Part shown: piece after piece, positions 39,575 through 53,126 of the stretch
Layout of the letters: the number at the start of each line of letters is the position of its first letter
Position numbering within the stretch: position 1 is the first letter of the stretch
Source: Octopus sinensis
Lineage: Eukaryota
Direction of reading: 5' to 3'
Assembly: GCF_006345805.1 (NCBI RefSeq)
Contig: NC_042998.1
Location: 165,230,001-165,294,000, forward strand
Length of the DNA: 64,000 nucleotides
Notes under the pieces: generated by a model
Databases searched by the model: none
Told to the model about the DNA's origin: nothing
The model's input: the letters and a program-made list of their open reading frames with translations, nothing else
Translations under genes and position numbers: made by a program

Positions 39575-39680
39575 AAGGAATTTCGTGAAATGTCTATCAT
39601 CCACCACCTTCCCGAGTCATCGGACTTAGCCATCAAAACTTTAGAAAACATAGATGACATTCTGGGTCAGACACTCACAC
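39575..39680 (+). pseudogene. Possible decayed mariner C-terminal scrap
   Basis: IIHHLPESSDLA resembles the HPPYSPDLA motif; nothing else supports it. Confidence 0.3.
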
Positions 39681-40547
39681 ATAAAGACATTTATGCATTA
39701 TATACCTACATACATACAACGTACACGCACACGCATGCACACACGCACATACACACATTTAATACATGTGGTGTGTGTATATATAGAGTTATATGTATTT
39801 TTGTAAGCACCACGAACCAGTTTGGACTCTTTCATTTTCCCTTGGTGTTCCTATACACATATACACAAATATACACATATATATATGATATATGCCTGCA
39901 TGAGAGTGTGTGTGTTTATGTGTATAGACAAACATATAGTGTGTCTGCACGTGTGATTATTTATCGTTATCATTGTTAATTTGTAGGATTCTATAATTGG
40001 AATTAGAAATACCGAATCTTCAACGTATATTACATTAACTATCATTACTGTAACTTTTTCATACATCTCGTTTTCGCCCATCCATTGTTTATTATCATAT
40101 TTTCTATGATGAGTCATTTTGTTGTCCATAATTTTATTTTATTTATCATCATTTGTGGGATTTCGTTGAGTTAGCAGAACTGATATGAAAAGAATCCATA
40201 TCCATTTTTTTCATTGTCATTTATCACTCACATTTATGTTAATGTTGATATTTCTGATGTCTTTTTCTTTCCTAAAATAATTTCTGGATGCTATAACTAG
40301 TATTTTTGTGTCTATTATTGTAAATCCACAGTGCACTAGTCCCTTAATCTCCATTATCATTGCTAGAGTGTCTAGGATGTGATAGAATAATATTATATAT
40401 TCAAATTCATAACGTTTTCAATCATGCGTATTTTATTATTATTATTTTTTACTTTTAGTAGCTTAGTCAGAAGAGGAGAGGCAGTCGCTATAAGCTTTTG
40501 CAAAGATTCCGATACTGGTTAATGATGGAGTAGGAGAGAAGAGATAA

Positions 40548-40606
40548 ATGAATATATATATATATAATATATATAATATATATAATATATATAATATATT
40601 ATATAC

Positions 40607-40637
<31 letters not shown>

Positions 40638-40651
40638 CATATATATGTTTT

Positions 40652-40691
<40 letters not shown>

Positions 40692-40696
40692 CTAAA

Positions 40697-40736
<40 letters not shown>

Positions 40737-40745
40737 GTATATATG

Positions 40746-40803
<58 letters not shown>

Positions 40804-40835
40804 TATGTATATATATATATGTATGTATGTGTATA
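40548..40835. repeat. (TA)n-rich microsatellite
   Basis: Seen directly. Confidence 0.95.
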
Positions 40836-41149
40836 TATTATAACTTCAGACTCGAACCTAGACTGGTTGTTAGCAACAGTGGACTAGTTTTAAGTTAAAC
40901 AATTACTATGTGATTCTGTTAAATCCTGCCACCAATTTGGGTGACTGATCAGGAACAGGTTCAATCTGACAGACGGAGGAAGCTTATCTGATGTGACACG
41001 CACCAGAATCTTTCTCAGAATAAAGGAAATACAAAACGAAATTCTTCAAAATCCCTCATGCATGCATTATATTCGCACAAATGGATACACACACACACAC
41101 ACACCCACACACTCACCCACACACGCGCACACGCACACATGTATATATA

Positions 41150-41371
41150 TATTTCTTTACTACCCACAAGGGGCTAAACACAGAGAGGACAAACAAGGAC
41201 AGACAAACGGATTAAGTCGATTACATCGACCCCAGTGTGTAACTGGTACTTAATTTATCGACCCCCGAAAGGATGAAAGACAAAGTCGACCTCGGCGAAA
41301 TTTGAACTCGGAACGTAACGGCAGACAAAATACGGATACGCATTTCGCCCGGCGTGCTAACGATTCTGCCA
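41150..41371 (-). mobile_element. Family A SINE, tail alpha
   Basis: Reverse complement matches 12459-12686. Confidence 0.92.
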
Positions 41372-41491
41372 ACACATACATTCGCATGTAAATATATACA
41401 CGGATCGCATCCTTCCGACTGGTTTGGAGTACCTAATTCGTGAATTTCTACTATTGGATTACCTCACCTTATTCATTCGGAGTACATCATT

Positions 41492-41558
<67 letters not shown>

Positions 41559-41699
41559 ACACCACACCACACACACACTCATATATAAGAAAGTTTGTGT
41601 GGGGGTGTATTCAAAAGATTCAGTAATCTTTCGGCTACCAAATAAACATTATTTTTATTTACGTATTTTACGTTTTCTCAACAACCAGCTATAGTTATT

Positions 41700-42628
41700 T
41701 GAAAGACACGCTCTACAACGACCAGGCTTCATTAGAAAGTAACAATAGTTTCACAATTCCTGCCCTCTTCTGGTAGATCTGTCTAGTCTTGTCTATGCGC
41801 TGCCGCTTTACGTTCTCGTCAAGTCGTTGGAAGTAACTCTGATCTCGGTCATTCTTGTCAGCGTGATTCGTCTCAAGATGGCATTTGAGCAGGCTGGGTT
41901 TCATGGCTGCATTGGAAATGGACTTCATACAGACCACACACTGCAGAAGAGCTTCTCCTCCACGTTCAGTTGCAATGAAGCCATACTTTATGCATGCAGG
42001 ATCATAGTTTCGCTTCGGCATGTTATCAAATCCTGTGAAAAAGTAAAAAGAAATTAATTAATCAAGAAATAAAGAAATATAAAAATAAAAATATATACAA
42101 AATAATATTAATATTAATTGTAATAATATACACAATAAAAAAAGTATGGGTATGAAAGTAGCAAATCGTTGCCAAATTACTTTGTGTAAGGCAGGAAACA
42201 TTCTTCTGAAGAAAATATTAACTTGTAACGACATGCCCGCCTCGCTAGCCCCTAGTCAGCCTCTACCCAGCCCAGAGAGTACAGAGACACGCACCAGAAA
42301 CCAAACAAACAAACAACTGTCATTTATTAATGATCACACGGTGCATTTTATACTTTCGTGTCTCTCAAAGTCACACATAGCATCACGACATGCTCAAGGT
42401 CACGTGCATTGTTTGGACGGTGCTGATCACTGTACAGAGAGCGAATAAAAGGCAACTAATAGTATGCTAGTAATCGAAAAGTACTGATTACTGGTTGATT
42501 GATTTGAAAGCATTAATCACATGCTGGCCAAATATTGGAAACGGCGCAAACTAAAAACCGTATATTACTCCGAAAGTTCTTGTCTACCACCTGGAAAAAC
42601 CTCGCGTACCACTGGTCTGGAACCACTG
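41700..42628 (-). mobile_element. 5' half of a hAT (Charlie/Buster-like) transposon
   Basis: Terminal CAGTGGTTCCAGACC at 42628 and a transposase start at 42021. The 3' part is absent. Confidence 0.85.
41713..42021 (-). pseudogene. hAT Charlie/Buster transposase N-terminus (BED-type zinc finger), truncated
   Basis: MPKRNYD...IKYGF...QCVVCMKSISNAAMKPSLLKCHLETNH...YFQR matches the family pattern. Confidence 0.92.
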
Positions 42629-43271
42629 ATATATATGAAAAATAATGTGTGTATGTGTGAGTGAAAGAGAGGTGAGAGAGAAAGAGTGAGCGAGTGAGAG
42701 TCACTTACGCATGAAAAAAATACCTACATGACAGTACACACCTTCTCTCACACTCATTTTCACACACACTTTTTCTCTTTCACCCACACTCTTTCTCTCT
42801 CACCCACACGCACACATACACACACACACACGCACACATACACACACACACACACACACACGTCCATTTCATATACATGTACATACATCACTCATTTTCT
42901 CCTCTCTTTGACATTCTGCTCTCACTTCAAAGCAAATGTCACCTTTTCACTTTCACCTCTCTTTCAATTTCTATTCTCTGCATAAAAATTTTTTTTAAAT
43001 TACGGAAATAAACGAACAATCATATGATCACATATGATCAGCAATATGATCGAGTTGACAAATTTGCTGCTTCAAACAAAAGAATGCCATAAAATAACTT
43101 CCTCTCGCACACACACGCACACACACGCACACACACACTCGGTAAAACCTCTGTACGAACTATGTTATCTCTGTGTGCACGCGCAAATTTTTTGCTTCAA
43201 TCCGATCCGATTGAAATGACCTTTTTCTATTCTGTAATTCCTGTTTGTGATGAGAGTATTTAAAAACCTTG

Positions 43272-44270
43272 TCTTCAATATAAAGTTAAAAGGAAGTTTT
43301 CCCTGAAATCCTGTCTTTTACCTGTTTTTTCTAGCATTTGCGCCTCTACCTAATTTTTTTCCTAAATTTCTTCCCATTCCTATGTTTTCGATACAAGAGA
43401 TTAGGATTTCGCCCCCAAAACACATGTTCAATATTTTAATTTTCTCCCTCCCCACCCCAATTTCTTCATTCTTTTTACGATTTTCCAAATTTTTTCTTTA
43501 TAATCTACGGAGAGAAAAAACAGAGGGTAGGAATCTTTAAGAAATTTCTTCTTCCTTTTTTATCCAAGAAATCTTCTTCCCAAACATCCACCCATGACAT
43601 CTCCACTTTTAAAAAGCTACAAACTCTCAGTATTTCTCTTTTAGCTTTTTAGAAAGGGGGGAAGTTTCTTCAGAAATAATATCGTTTACCTGTTGTTTCT
43701 AGCATGTTGGATTTTCTGGTTGTGGTCTGCTATTTTTTACGTCTGCTATTTCAGTACAATTCTACGCAAGCGTGAAACATCATACGAAAGTGAAACATTT
43801 AGCTTTTAAAAGCGGTTAAGTGATGGGTGGGCAAGGTATGGGAAGAGGGATTGTGTGTTTCTTTAAGAAAAATTAAACTTTGAAAAAAGTATATATTTCC
43901 CAGATTCGTAATCTCTATTTTCTGGATTAAAAAAATGTCGAAAAAAGTTACAAATTAAGAAATTGCTGTGGGGACGGGGTGACATTAAAATTTTGAAAAC
44001 GGGATTTCTCGCCAAAAATTGTATAAACCCCCTTTTATACTATGAAATAATACATAGTTTGTGATTCTTCTTAGAACAGAAAGCACTTCCACACAAACCC
44101 ATACATATTGTGCCATCCCCCTTCACTTTTGAAGAAAAAATAACTTCTATTACGCCAAAGATACAGTTCGCTATATATCAGCTGTGTCGATTCTGCCCAA
44201 AAGAAAGGAAGAAATAATATAATGCGGCAGTAGGTCATAATACCCGAGTAACGCCGGGATGCATTACTAC
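43272..44270 (+). mobile_element. Probable second non-autonomous Helitron-like element (5' end uncertain)
   Basis: 3' hairpin CCCG-AGTAACGC-CGGG (44243-44258), then CTAC followed by T. The loop resembles the GCAACG loop at 20461. Internal degenerate direct repeats. Confidence 0.4.
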
Positions 44271-44315
44271 TGTATATGTATGTGTGCGTGTGGGTGTGTG
44301 TGTGTGAGTGTGTAT

Positions 44316-44381
44316 GTACGCACGCGGGCGCACGCAAATACACCGTACGCACGCGGGTGCGCGCAAATACACCGTACGCAC
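44316..44381. repeat. 29-bp GC-rich minisatellite, about 2.3 copies
   Basis: GTACGCACGCGGG(C/T)GC(A/G)CGCAAATACACC at 44316, 44345 and 44374 (partial). Confidence 0.9.
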
Positions 44382-45296
44382 ATGAAGACACACAACACGG
44401 GTGCACATTCACCCATTCAAACATGCACTGGTATATATATATATATATTATAATATATATATATATATATATATCTATATATATATATACTTACATATAA
44501 GAGAACAAAGTGTACGTACGCCGCTATATATATATATATATATAGATATATATAATGCAAAATGGGACAAAAACGCAAAACATCAAAATAGACGATACAA
44601 AAAACACGGACGGGTTATTCGAAGCCTCTAATCTTCAGTCAAGAACCGGATCATCCTCGTAATTTCGGCTGATTAATCTTTGAGATTGCTCCAATCTGAC
44701 CAGCCCCAAGGAAAAACTAAGCTAAGAGCATTAGATTCCTTGGAAAAAGGATCGAATGTATACGAAACAAGGACAGAAAAACGGACGATGTTACACGAAT
44801 ATAAATACGAAAAAAAAAACCATACGAATATAAATACAAAAAAAACAATAATAATAATAATAATAATAGGACATAACAGCAGGCGTCTTTCGACTCGAGA
44901 CGAATTGGATTCAGCTAGCGTATTTGAGAATTAAGCCTTACGACAGACGAATACAGCGATGTTACTGTGCCCGTGGTCCGAAGCAAAAGGGCTATAGTTG
45001 GCCAGCAGTCACGTGAGAAGAAAAGAGAGAGAAAAAGAGGAGCAAAGGAATTAAGGAGGGGGAGAAGAGAGAGAAAAAGATGAACAAAGGAATTAAGAGG
45101 GGGGATCTCCGTAATTTAGCAGTCGTCAAAAATACAAAAAAAAAATGAGAGATAGGATAAGTACCGTATTCAATATAAGAAAAGAGATCAATATCTTTGA
45201 TTGAACACATCAAAACTGAAATTGAAGGAAATTGAAGGAAGCCCCTCGTATATATATACATATATATATATATATAATATTATATATATATATATA

Positions 45297-45370
<74 letters not shown>

Positions 45371-45512
45371 TTAGAGACAAAACCACTATTATGCAAATCA
45401 AACAAAGAAAGACTTAATCCAATACATAAAAAATTTTATATAAATTACTATAAAATTGGATTCAGTCCTAAATCTGATTTTTCCCTGTAAATTTGGATTT
45501 ATTCCTAATATT

Positions 45513-45584
<72 letters not shown>

Positions 45585-45604
45585 GCATATAGATGTATGT
45601 ATTT

Positions 45605-45805
45605 GTGTATCTGTGTTTGTCCACACCACATCGCTTGACAACCGATATCGGTATGTTTACGATCCTGTCATTTAGTGTTTCTGCAAAAGAGACGGATAGA
45701 ATAAGTATTAGACTTCCAGAGAATAAGTTCTGGGGGCGATTTGTTCGACTATAGGCGGTGCACCAGCATGGCGGCAGTCAAATGGCTGAAACAAGTAAAG
45801 GAACA
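45605..45805 (+). mobile_element. 3' half of a CORE-type SINE
   Basis: Matches 15010-15220. Confidence 0.82.
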
Positions 45806-46009
45806 AAAAAAAAAGAATCCGAAAATTAGGGAATGGAGGTTCGGGAATTCACGCTATATATGTTTTGTAACTTTCGGAACATCATAAGTAGTAAATTATC
45901 CAAACGAGGTGGGTACACTGCAAGCTACCCTTCAAGCCAAGGATACCTTGATTGTATGAAGTTTAGGATATCCTGTATTAAGGACTTGGGGATTCGATGA
46001 AATTACTCC

Positions 46010-46059
<50 letters not shown>

Positions 46060-46284
46060 TGTGTGTGTTGGATGTATATTTGAATATTTCTTTTATATAT
46101 ATATATATATATGTAGATATATATACAAATGTATTATACAGATTTGTCTAAATGTGCAGACACATCGACATATATATACAGAAACATGCATATACATACA
46201 TGTATGTATAGATACATGTGTAGATAGGCGTATCTATGTACACACGAGTAAAGAATCATATATATATATATATATATATATATC

Positions 46285-46315
<31 letters not shown>

Positions 46316-46650
46316 ATATGTATATATATGCACGCCCGCAGATACACATAGGGGGAGCATAAAATAAAGTTTTAAAGAATACCATAAAAAATACGAAATA
46401 ACGATGGGAGAATAAAATAGCACGGCATGACCTTTGCCCGTTGGTGCAGAGAAAAACCCCAAATAAATGTTATTGCAGTTTAATGGCTAGATATTTCAAA
46501 TGTATCTGATCACTGCGAAGTATGTATGCATGTATGTATGTATGTGTGTATGTATGTATGCATGTATGCATGTATGTATGTATGTATGTATGTATGTTTG
46601 TATGTATGTGTGTACGTATGTATGTTCACATCCATAAATACATATATACA

Positions 46651-46705
<55 letters not shown>

Positions 46706-47042
46706 CATACATAAAAGAACGCATGCATATGTACGTTCGTACATATATCTAAAAATATATATGTAAAAATATAAATGCGTATGTACGTGAATGTATGCAT
46801 CTCTGTATAAGAGTGTGCTTTTATGCATGTATGTGTATATAAGTATATATGTATTTGTATATATGTATATGTATAAATATATGTACGTGTGTGAATATAT
46901 ACAAGTCAGAGTAAGAATATCTATTTATATCTACACACACACATATACACATACACACACACACACATACACACACACACACATATATATATGTATATAT
47001 ATATATACATACATATACATGCATATTTTTATACTTATATAT

Positions 47043-47089
<47 letters not shown>

Positions 47090-47138
47090 TATATGCGAAG
47101 ATAAATATATGTATGTGAATATATGTACACACACACAG

Positions 47139-47170
<32 letters not shown>

Positions 47171-47507
47171 TTGTCGACGTTTTTATTCCATTATACTTTT
47201 GCACCGAATTTATAGTTTTTTTCATTATTTATATATTTTTTTACCCATGTTTTTCTTTAATTTCGGGTTTTCTGTAGATTGTTGTTTTGTATGAATTTGT
47301 TTTATATTGTGTTCATTTATTTTGCTTCAATCTTTTTTATGCCTCCTCCTTTTTTGTCTTCTTTTTTTTTCTGTGTGATTGAATAACGATTTGTATAGAG
47401 TTTGGAAGCCAGACCCAGGCTGACACACGCGGAGAAGCAGAAAGGCAGGAGGCTGGAAACACTTACGCGCGTACGCGCTTATACAAGAATATAAGCACAA
47501 CCCGCAT

Positions 47508-47576
<69 letters not shown>

Positions 47577-47658
47577 TATATACACATGGAAGCAAATAAT
47601 TCTAGGATGAAAAAGACTACAGCAGAGAATAACAATCATATGTGTATACATACATACA

Positions 47659-47693
<35 letters not shown>

Positions 47694-47888
47694 TATATAT
47701 ATAATTCTGTATCTATATGTAAAGATATATGTATGTTTATAGTATGTATACATATATATATATATATTATATATATATATATATATATAATATATATATA
47801 TATATGTATATATATATAATATATATATGTATGTATGTATGTATATGTTTATAGAAATACACACACATATATATATATCCATATATGA

Positions 47889-47920
<32 letters not shown>

Positions 47921-48876
47921 ATGTATATGTATGTATTTATATATGTACGTATATGTATATATATACATATATGTATGTGTGTATGTATGTATGTATGTAT
48001 GTATGTATGTATGTATGTATGTATGTATGCATGCATATGCAAACTTATATACTTTCGTCTCTAAGAGAGATACTTTCCCAGTCTACAAACCAGCTACCCA
48101 GCACGAAAAGATAAGTAAATATAAGAACTGTGTACGAACAGAAACTATATAAAATATACACTCATTATGTAGAAGGTGACAGAAATGTATATACATTTAT
48201 TCTTACACGCATTTATACACACACACACACAAACACACATACACACATACACACATGCACACATATATATCTATTCATACACATGTACATATATATATAT
48301 ATATACATATGCACATACACGTGTGCACACATAGATGCATGCCCGCATTCACTCGCAGAAAGCAAAGCATACACATACGCACATGTGTGCAAGACACGTG
48401 TAAATAGCCGTGCGTAGAGAAACACAGCTACATTCGGCGCATTCACGCACAGGAATACTTACACAGACGCATTAATAGCGACACACACAAACACCCACAA
48501 AAACACACGCACACACACATACACACACACACGGAGACCCCACACATATATACACGCATGCACATCTGTCAATGCACTTAGCCTCATGTATAATACGCAT
48601 TCATTTACACACCAAAGCATTTACACATCTACACATACATAGACACAAACACACGTACATACATACATAGATGCATACATACATGCATACACACATACAT
48701 ACATACTTACATACATACATGCATATATAGAGATTAATATCACCCCCATCACATACGCAACTGATCCCCCATCGAAAACCTATCCACGCAGGAACATCTA
48801 TACAGGCACACAGGCAGAGGAGAACAAAATGTATACAAAATGGAGTAGAGAATTAGAAAAGAAATCCATATATATC

Positions 48877-48923
<47 letters not shown>

Positions 48924-48960
48924 ACACACTCACACACACATACACACGTATGTATATATG
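46010..48960. repeat. About 3-kb field dominated by TA/TG/TATG/CATA microsatellites
   Basis: Seen directly. Confidence 0.92.
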
Positions 48961-49373
48961 CTTCTATGCTGTTGAATTTATAAAATGCGCTCATGAGAAT
49001 ATCTTTAGGGAGAGTTTTAACCTTCTGAAAAGGTCAAATCGCCTGTCACCGTCTTTTAAATATCAGTGACACGGCATAGGAACAGTTGATAAAACCAATG
49101 CAAAGGATGTGCCAATATTGGGCAAATTCTATAACTGAGAGAAAGCGTTAGAATTTGAATGATTGAATGACTGAGCGTATATATGTATCTACACATGTAT
49201 GCATATGCGTATGCGTGTACTATGTTATATGTGTTTGTAAGTGTGTGTACATGTATGATTATAAACCTGTGTACATGTATGAGAATGTGTGTGTGTACGT
49301 GTGTATGTGTGTATGTGGCGGTGATTAGGAAAATATTCATGATTTGAATTGAACTATTGAGACTTGATTCCAG

Positions 49374-49430
49374 CATAAATGATTGTTGGAATGCCTGTAG
49401 TGGAAACATTTGTACAATAAAACATGTGTA
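49374..49430 (+). CDS. Candidate 57-nt Cys-rich exon (phase 2-2, INDCWNACSGNICTINMC)
   Basis: TTCCAG acceptor (weak tract) and TAG|GTAACT donor. Four Cys in 18 codons. Confidence 0.22.
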
Positions 49431-49940
49431 GGTAACTGAGTATGTGTATGTGTGTGTATGCGTGTGTATGTGCGTGTGTGTGTGTGTGTGTGTTACATCT
49501 TTTCTTTTTCTCTTATTTTTACTGCTCTCCGGGGTAATGCCTAACCATGTTTTGTCACTAATATCGGTTCAGTATTCCTTTCGTCTTAGTCAAAATTTGA
49601 GCCGGTATATTACTGGTCACACTAACACCGACACATACACCCGAACGACCATCCTGCACATACACGCACTCATACACACACACCCGCACACACACACATA
49701 CATACGCACACATACAGTCTCACACACACACATACATACACACATAATACTTCGCTTAAGGAATGCGAGGCAGATAACCTGGAGTAGAACTCAAGGCTCC
49801 AATAATGTTACGAAGTGTTATTCAGGCACTAAACTATGAGTCCACTACTACAGCTTATAGCAGAAACAGCTGTAAGCTAATGTAGTTCATGAGATAATCG
49901 TTTATTCTATCATTTAATTTCCATGTGTGTCTATATATAT

Positions 49941-50028
<88 letters not shown>

Positions 50029-50102
50029 TGTGAGTGTGTGTGTGTGTGTGTGTGTCTGTGTCTGTGCGTGTGTGTATATGTAAACACATCTATATATGCA
50101 TA

Positions 50103-51349
50103 AAGGCTGCAATGAATAAATTGTGTAAAAATACGTCAAAATGAAAATAACACCGACACATTATTTTAACGGATATATTTACCAAAATTACATAAAAATA
50201 TCTTGAAATATTAAACAGTAATTTATTCAATAAAATCGCCATTGGCTTCAACCCTGGCCTCCAGACGACTTTGGAACCTCTTAAATGCCAATGCTACCAT
50301 AATCATTGCCTTCAGTTCATCTTTAGGGTTACAAGGCGTTTAGTTGTTCTCTCACTCAACAGCGCTCCACGCATAATAATCAAGGGGGTTGTTGTCTGGG
50401 TAGTTACGTGACCAGATGTTAGGGGGTGATGTGGTCGCAGAAATTGCCTGACAGCGTTAACTGGGTTTTTCTACTTGTGTGGCATAGTGCAGAGTCCTGC
50501 TTCCAGACACAGGGTCTTCCAGCAGTTACCCTCTTGACCTAGGGGAGCATTACCTCCTCCAGGCATTTGATGTAGGCCTCCGAGTTGAGTATGAGACCGT
50601 GTAGGAAAATGAATGGAGGCATAACGTTACCATCACTAGTGATCAATTCAAACACAATGATGTTGACTGGATGTTTGATTTTTATCCCTCTCGGTACATG
50701 TTTTGAGGACACGGCAAACCAACGGTTGTTCTGTTCACCATCTGATCTTGGCAGACAATTTTCTCGTCTAAGAAAAACTAAGGCATAAAGAGGATGCTTG
50801 AGCTTCTTCAAAAGCTTCTTACTGAGGACTTTTTTCTTTTCCTCGATGGCTTGGAATAAAAATATGCCCTTTCTCATCTTGTATGAGGGATACTGAATCT
50901 CTTCATGCGCTACCTGTCTGATAAGAGCCTCAGACACTCCTATGTTACTGGCGATGGACGTGATTGACTTGGAGAGATGGTTGTCAATCATGGCCTGGAT
51001 CTCACCAACAAATTCAGGAGTTATTTTCTTATTAGAACGATCAGGGTGAGTTTTTCCAGCTGCCGTGCCTTCGTAATCACCATTAGATTCATTCAACTCT
51101 TTCCGAATCCTCAGATAGACACCGAACACTCTGAAATATTCGTATTGGAGCTTCCGGCACGAATGCAAAGCAGTACAGCATGTTTCCAAATTTCTGGCAG
51201 AGTGAATTGCATCATGGCGCTGTTTTCTCACAGACGATGCCCAACTGACCCTACTATACTGTGTAATCAACAAAAGGAAAAATAAAACAAATAATGCGCA
51301 TGCATAAAATAGAAATATAGACTTGCGACAATTTACCCATCGCACCCTG
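50103..51349 (-). mobile_element. Full-length Tc1/mariner element of DD37D (maT-like) type
   Basis: TA-flanked imperfect TIRs (CAGGGTGCGATGGGTAAATTGT versus AAGGCTGCAATGAATAAATTGT, 17 of 22) enclosing a complete but frameshifted transposase. Confidence 0.88.
50223..51215 (-). pseudogene. DD37D/maT-type transposase pseudogene
   Basis: QNNRW, KHPVNIIVF, ITSDGNVMPPFIF, AYIKCLEEVMLP and terminal ANGDFIE* motifs. Multiple frameshifts. Confidence 0.9.
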
Positions 51350-51419
51350 TAGATATATACATACATACATTCATACATACATAGATATATTTTATATATA
51401 TATGAGTGCGTGTGCATGG

Positions 51420-51458
<39 letters not shown>

Positions 51459-51534
51459 CGTGTGTGTGTGTGTTGTGTGTGTGTGTATATATATATACAT
51501 ATTTGTATGAGAGACACAGAGAGCGTCAAAGCGC

Positions 51535-51790
51535 GTGAACTACTGGTTTGACTGTTGTACTCGTAATTGCGAGACTATGATTTGAATTCTCAAACAGGCG
51601 ATGTGTTGTATTCTTAAGCAAATTCCTTCATTTCAGAACACCGGTGGATCACGAGACACGGAACTGAGACCCGATTTGGTCTCTGTATCGGAATATCCCA
51701 AATATTTTTAGGCTCGCTCAGCGCAGAGATGCTTGAGTATTCAGTAAGGAGACATCGCACAGCTGTTGGATATTTTTCTTCAGTTCTCTG
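51535..51790 (+). mobile_element. Old SINE-like repeat; second copy at about 55345-55580
   Basis: Shared blocks CCCGATTTGGTCTCTG(T/C)ATCGGAATAT and GCACAGCTG(T/A)TGGA, preceded by a CORE-like remnant. Confidence 0.6.
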
Positions 51791-52118
51791 TATCTGATGA
51801 CAAAAGATGGTTTGTCCCAGTTTAACATTTTTGATCATAGAATCTATGAATTGGCCTATTTGAATCTTTTGCTAAATTTGTTATAGACACAGTGTCCTAG
51901 CGCTGATATAGTATAAACCGATAACTCTACAGTCAATAAAACAAGAGACACGTGTTATTGTTTTATGTTTAAGAGTTGCTGCATATATTTTTAAAATGGT
52001 ATTTATATATAATATACAGCTATATATTTTTGCGACTTAAAAGTAGTTATATTAATCTCTGCTTGTACAGAGCTTTGTTGAGGCTTTAGTTTTTGGGGTT
52101 AATATTTTCAAGTGCAAT

Positions 52119-52640
52119 GGTGGGAAGCTGGTAGAAACGTTAGCACGCTCGACAAAATGCTTAGCGGTATTTCGTCCGTCTTTATGTTCTGAGTTCAAAT
52201 TCCGCCTACGTTGACTTTGCCTTTCATCCTTTCGGGATCGATAAATTAAGTACCAGTTGCGTACTGGGGTCGATCTAATCGACTGGCTTCCTCCCCCAAA
52301 ATCTCGGGCCTTGTGCCTAAAGTAGAAAAGAATATTTTAAAATGCTTCCTGACGAGGTCTACTTTGCGTTTCATCCTTTCGATGTCGATAAGATAGGTAT
52401 CCTTTGAGTAGTGAGGTCGCTCTTAGCCCATCCTCGGTAACTGCTACCCTTGTACATAAATTTGGAGCCAATATTTTAAAATACTTAGTGGCATTTCTTC
52501 CAACTTTACGTTATGAGTTCAAATGCCACTGGAGTCCACTTTGCCTTCATTCTTACGGCGTCGATAAAATAAATATCAGTAAAACACTGGGGTCGATGTA
52601 ATCGACCTACCCCTCACCCGAAATTACTGGACATGTGCTC
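52119..52640 (+). mobile_element. Family A SINE (52119-52331, tail beta) followed by two degraded fragments
   Basis: Family consensus blocks and repeated AATATTTT flanks. Confidence 0.82.
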
Positions 52641-52791
52641 AAATTTGAAATCAATACTTGAAAATTCGGCTGATATAATGTTAAAACTGTTTTAGGAAAA
52701 ATAATCCTAAAATCCAATATCTTGGGAGCTGCATATTCCACCTCTGAAAGCTGTAACCTGGCCACTGTTTTCTTTGACCAACATATGTCAG

Positions 52792-52849
52792 ATTATCATC
52801 TTTCTCTTATACTTGTGAAAACCGTGACTGTTTGAATATCATCGAGACT
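52792..52849 (+). CDS. Candidate 58-nt exon (phase 2-0, LSSFSYTCENRDCLNIIET)
   Basis: TTTTCTTT...GTCAG acceptor and ACT|GTAAGT donor. One open frame. Confidence 0.22.
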
Positions 52850-53126
52850 GTAAGTTAAAACTAAATGTGTGTGTTTGTGCGTGTGTGTGTGTGTGTGTGT
52901 GTGTGGAGGTTGGGGATTAAAAAGGGGATAGATAAAATGTTATGTTCGATAAAATTACCATTTATTTATTTCAAACCTTTGTTGTATCATGCTGAAAGGA
53001 GGGGCTCTTCGCAATGGGAAACAAGTCAAGGCGTAGTAATACAGAGAACTTTAAAAGTAACAGAGCAATTTACAAGAGGGAGTAGACACACTCCCCTGAA
53101 AGAGCATATTCTCGTTTTTTTATAAT

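Noticed and set aside
44560-45000. Hammerhead in the Penelope-like-looking repeat
   Set aside because: GGCTG/CAGCC-GAAA and CTGAAGA occur, but never in the right order within one motif.
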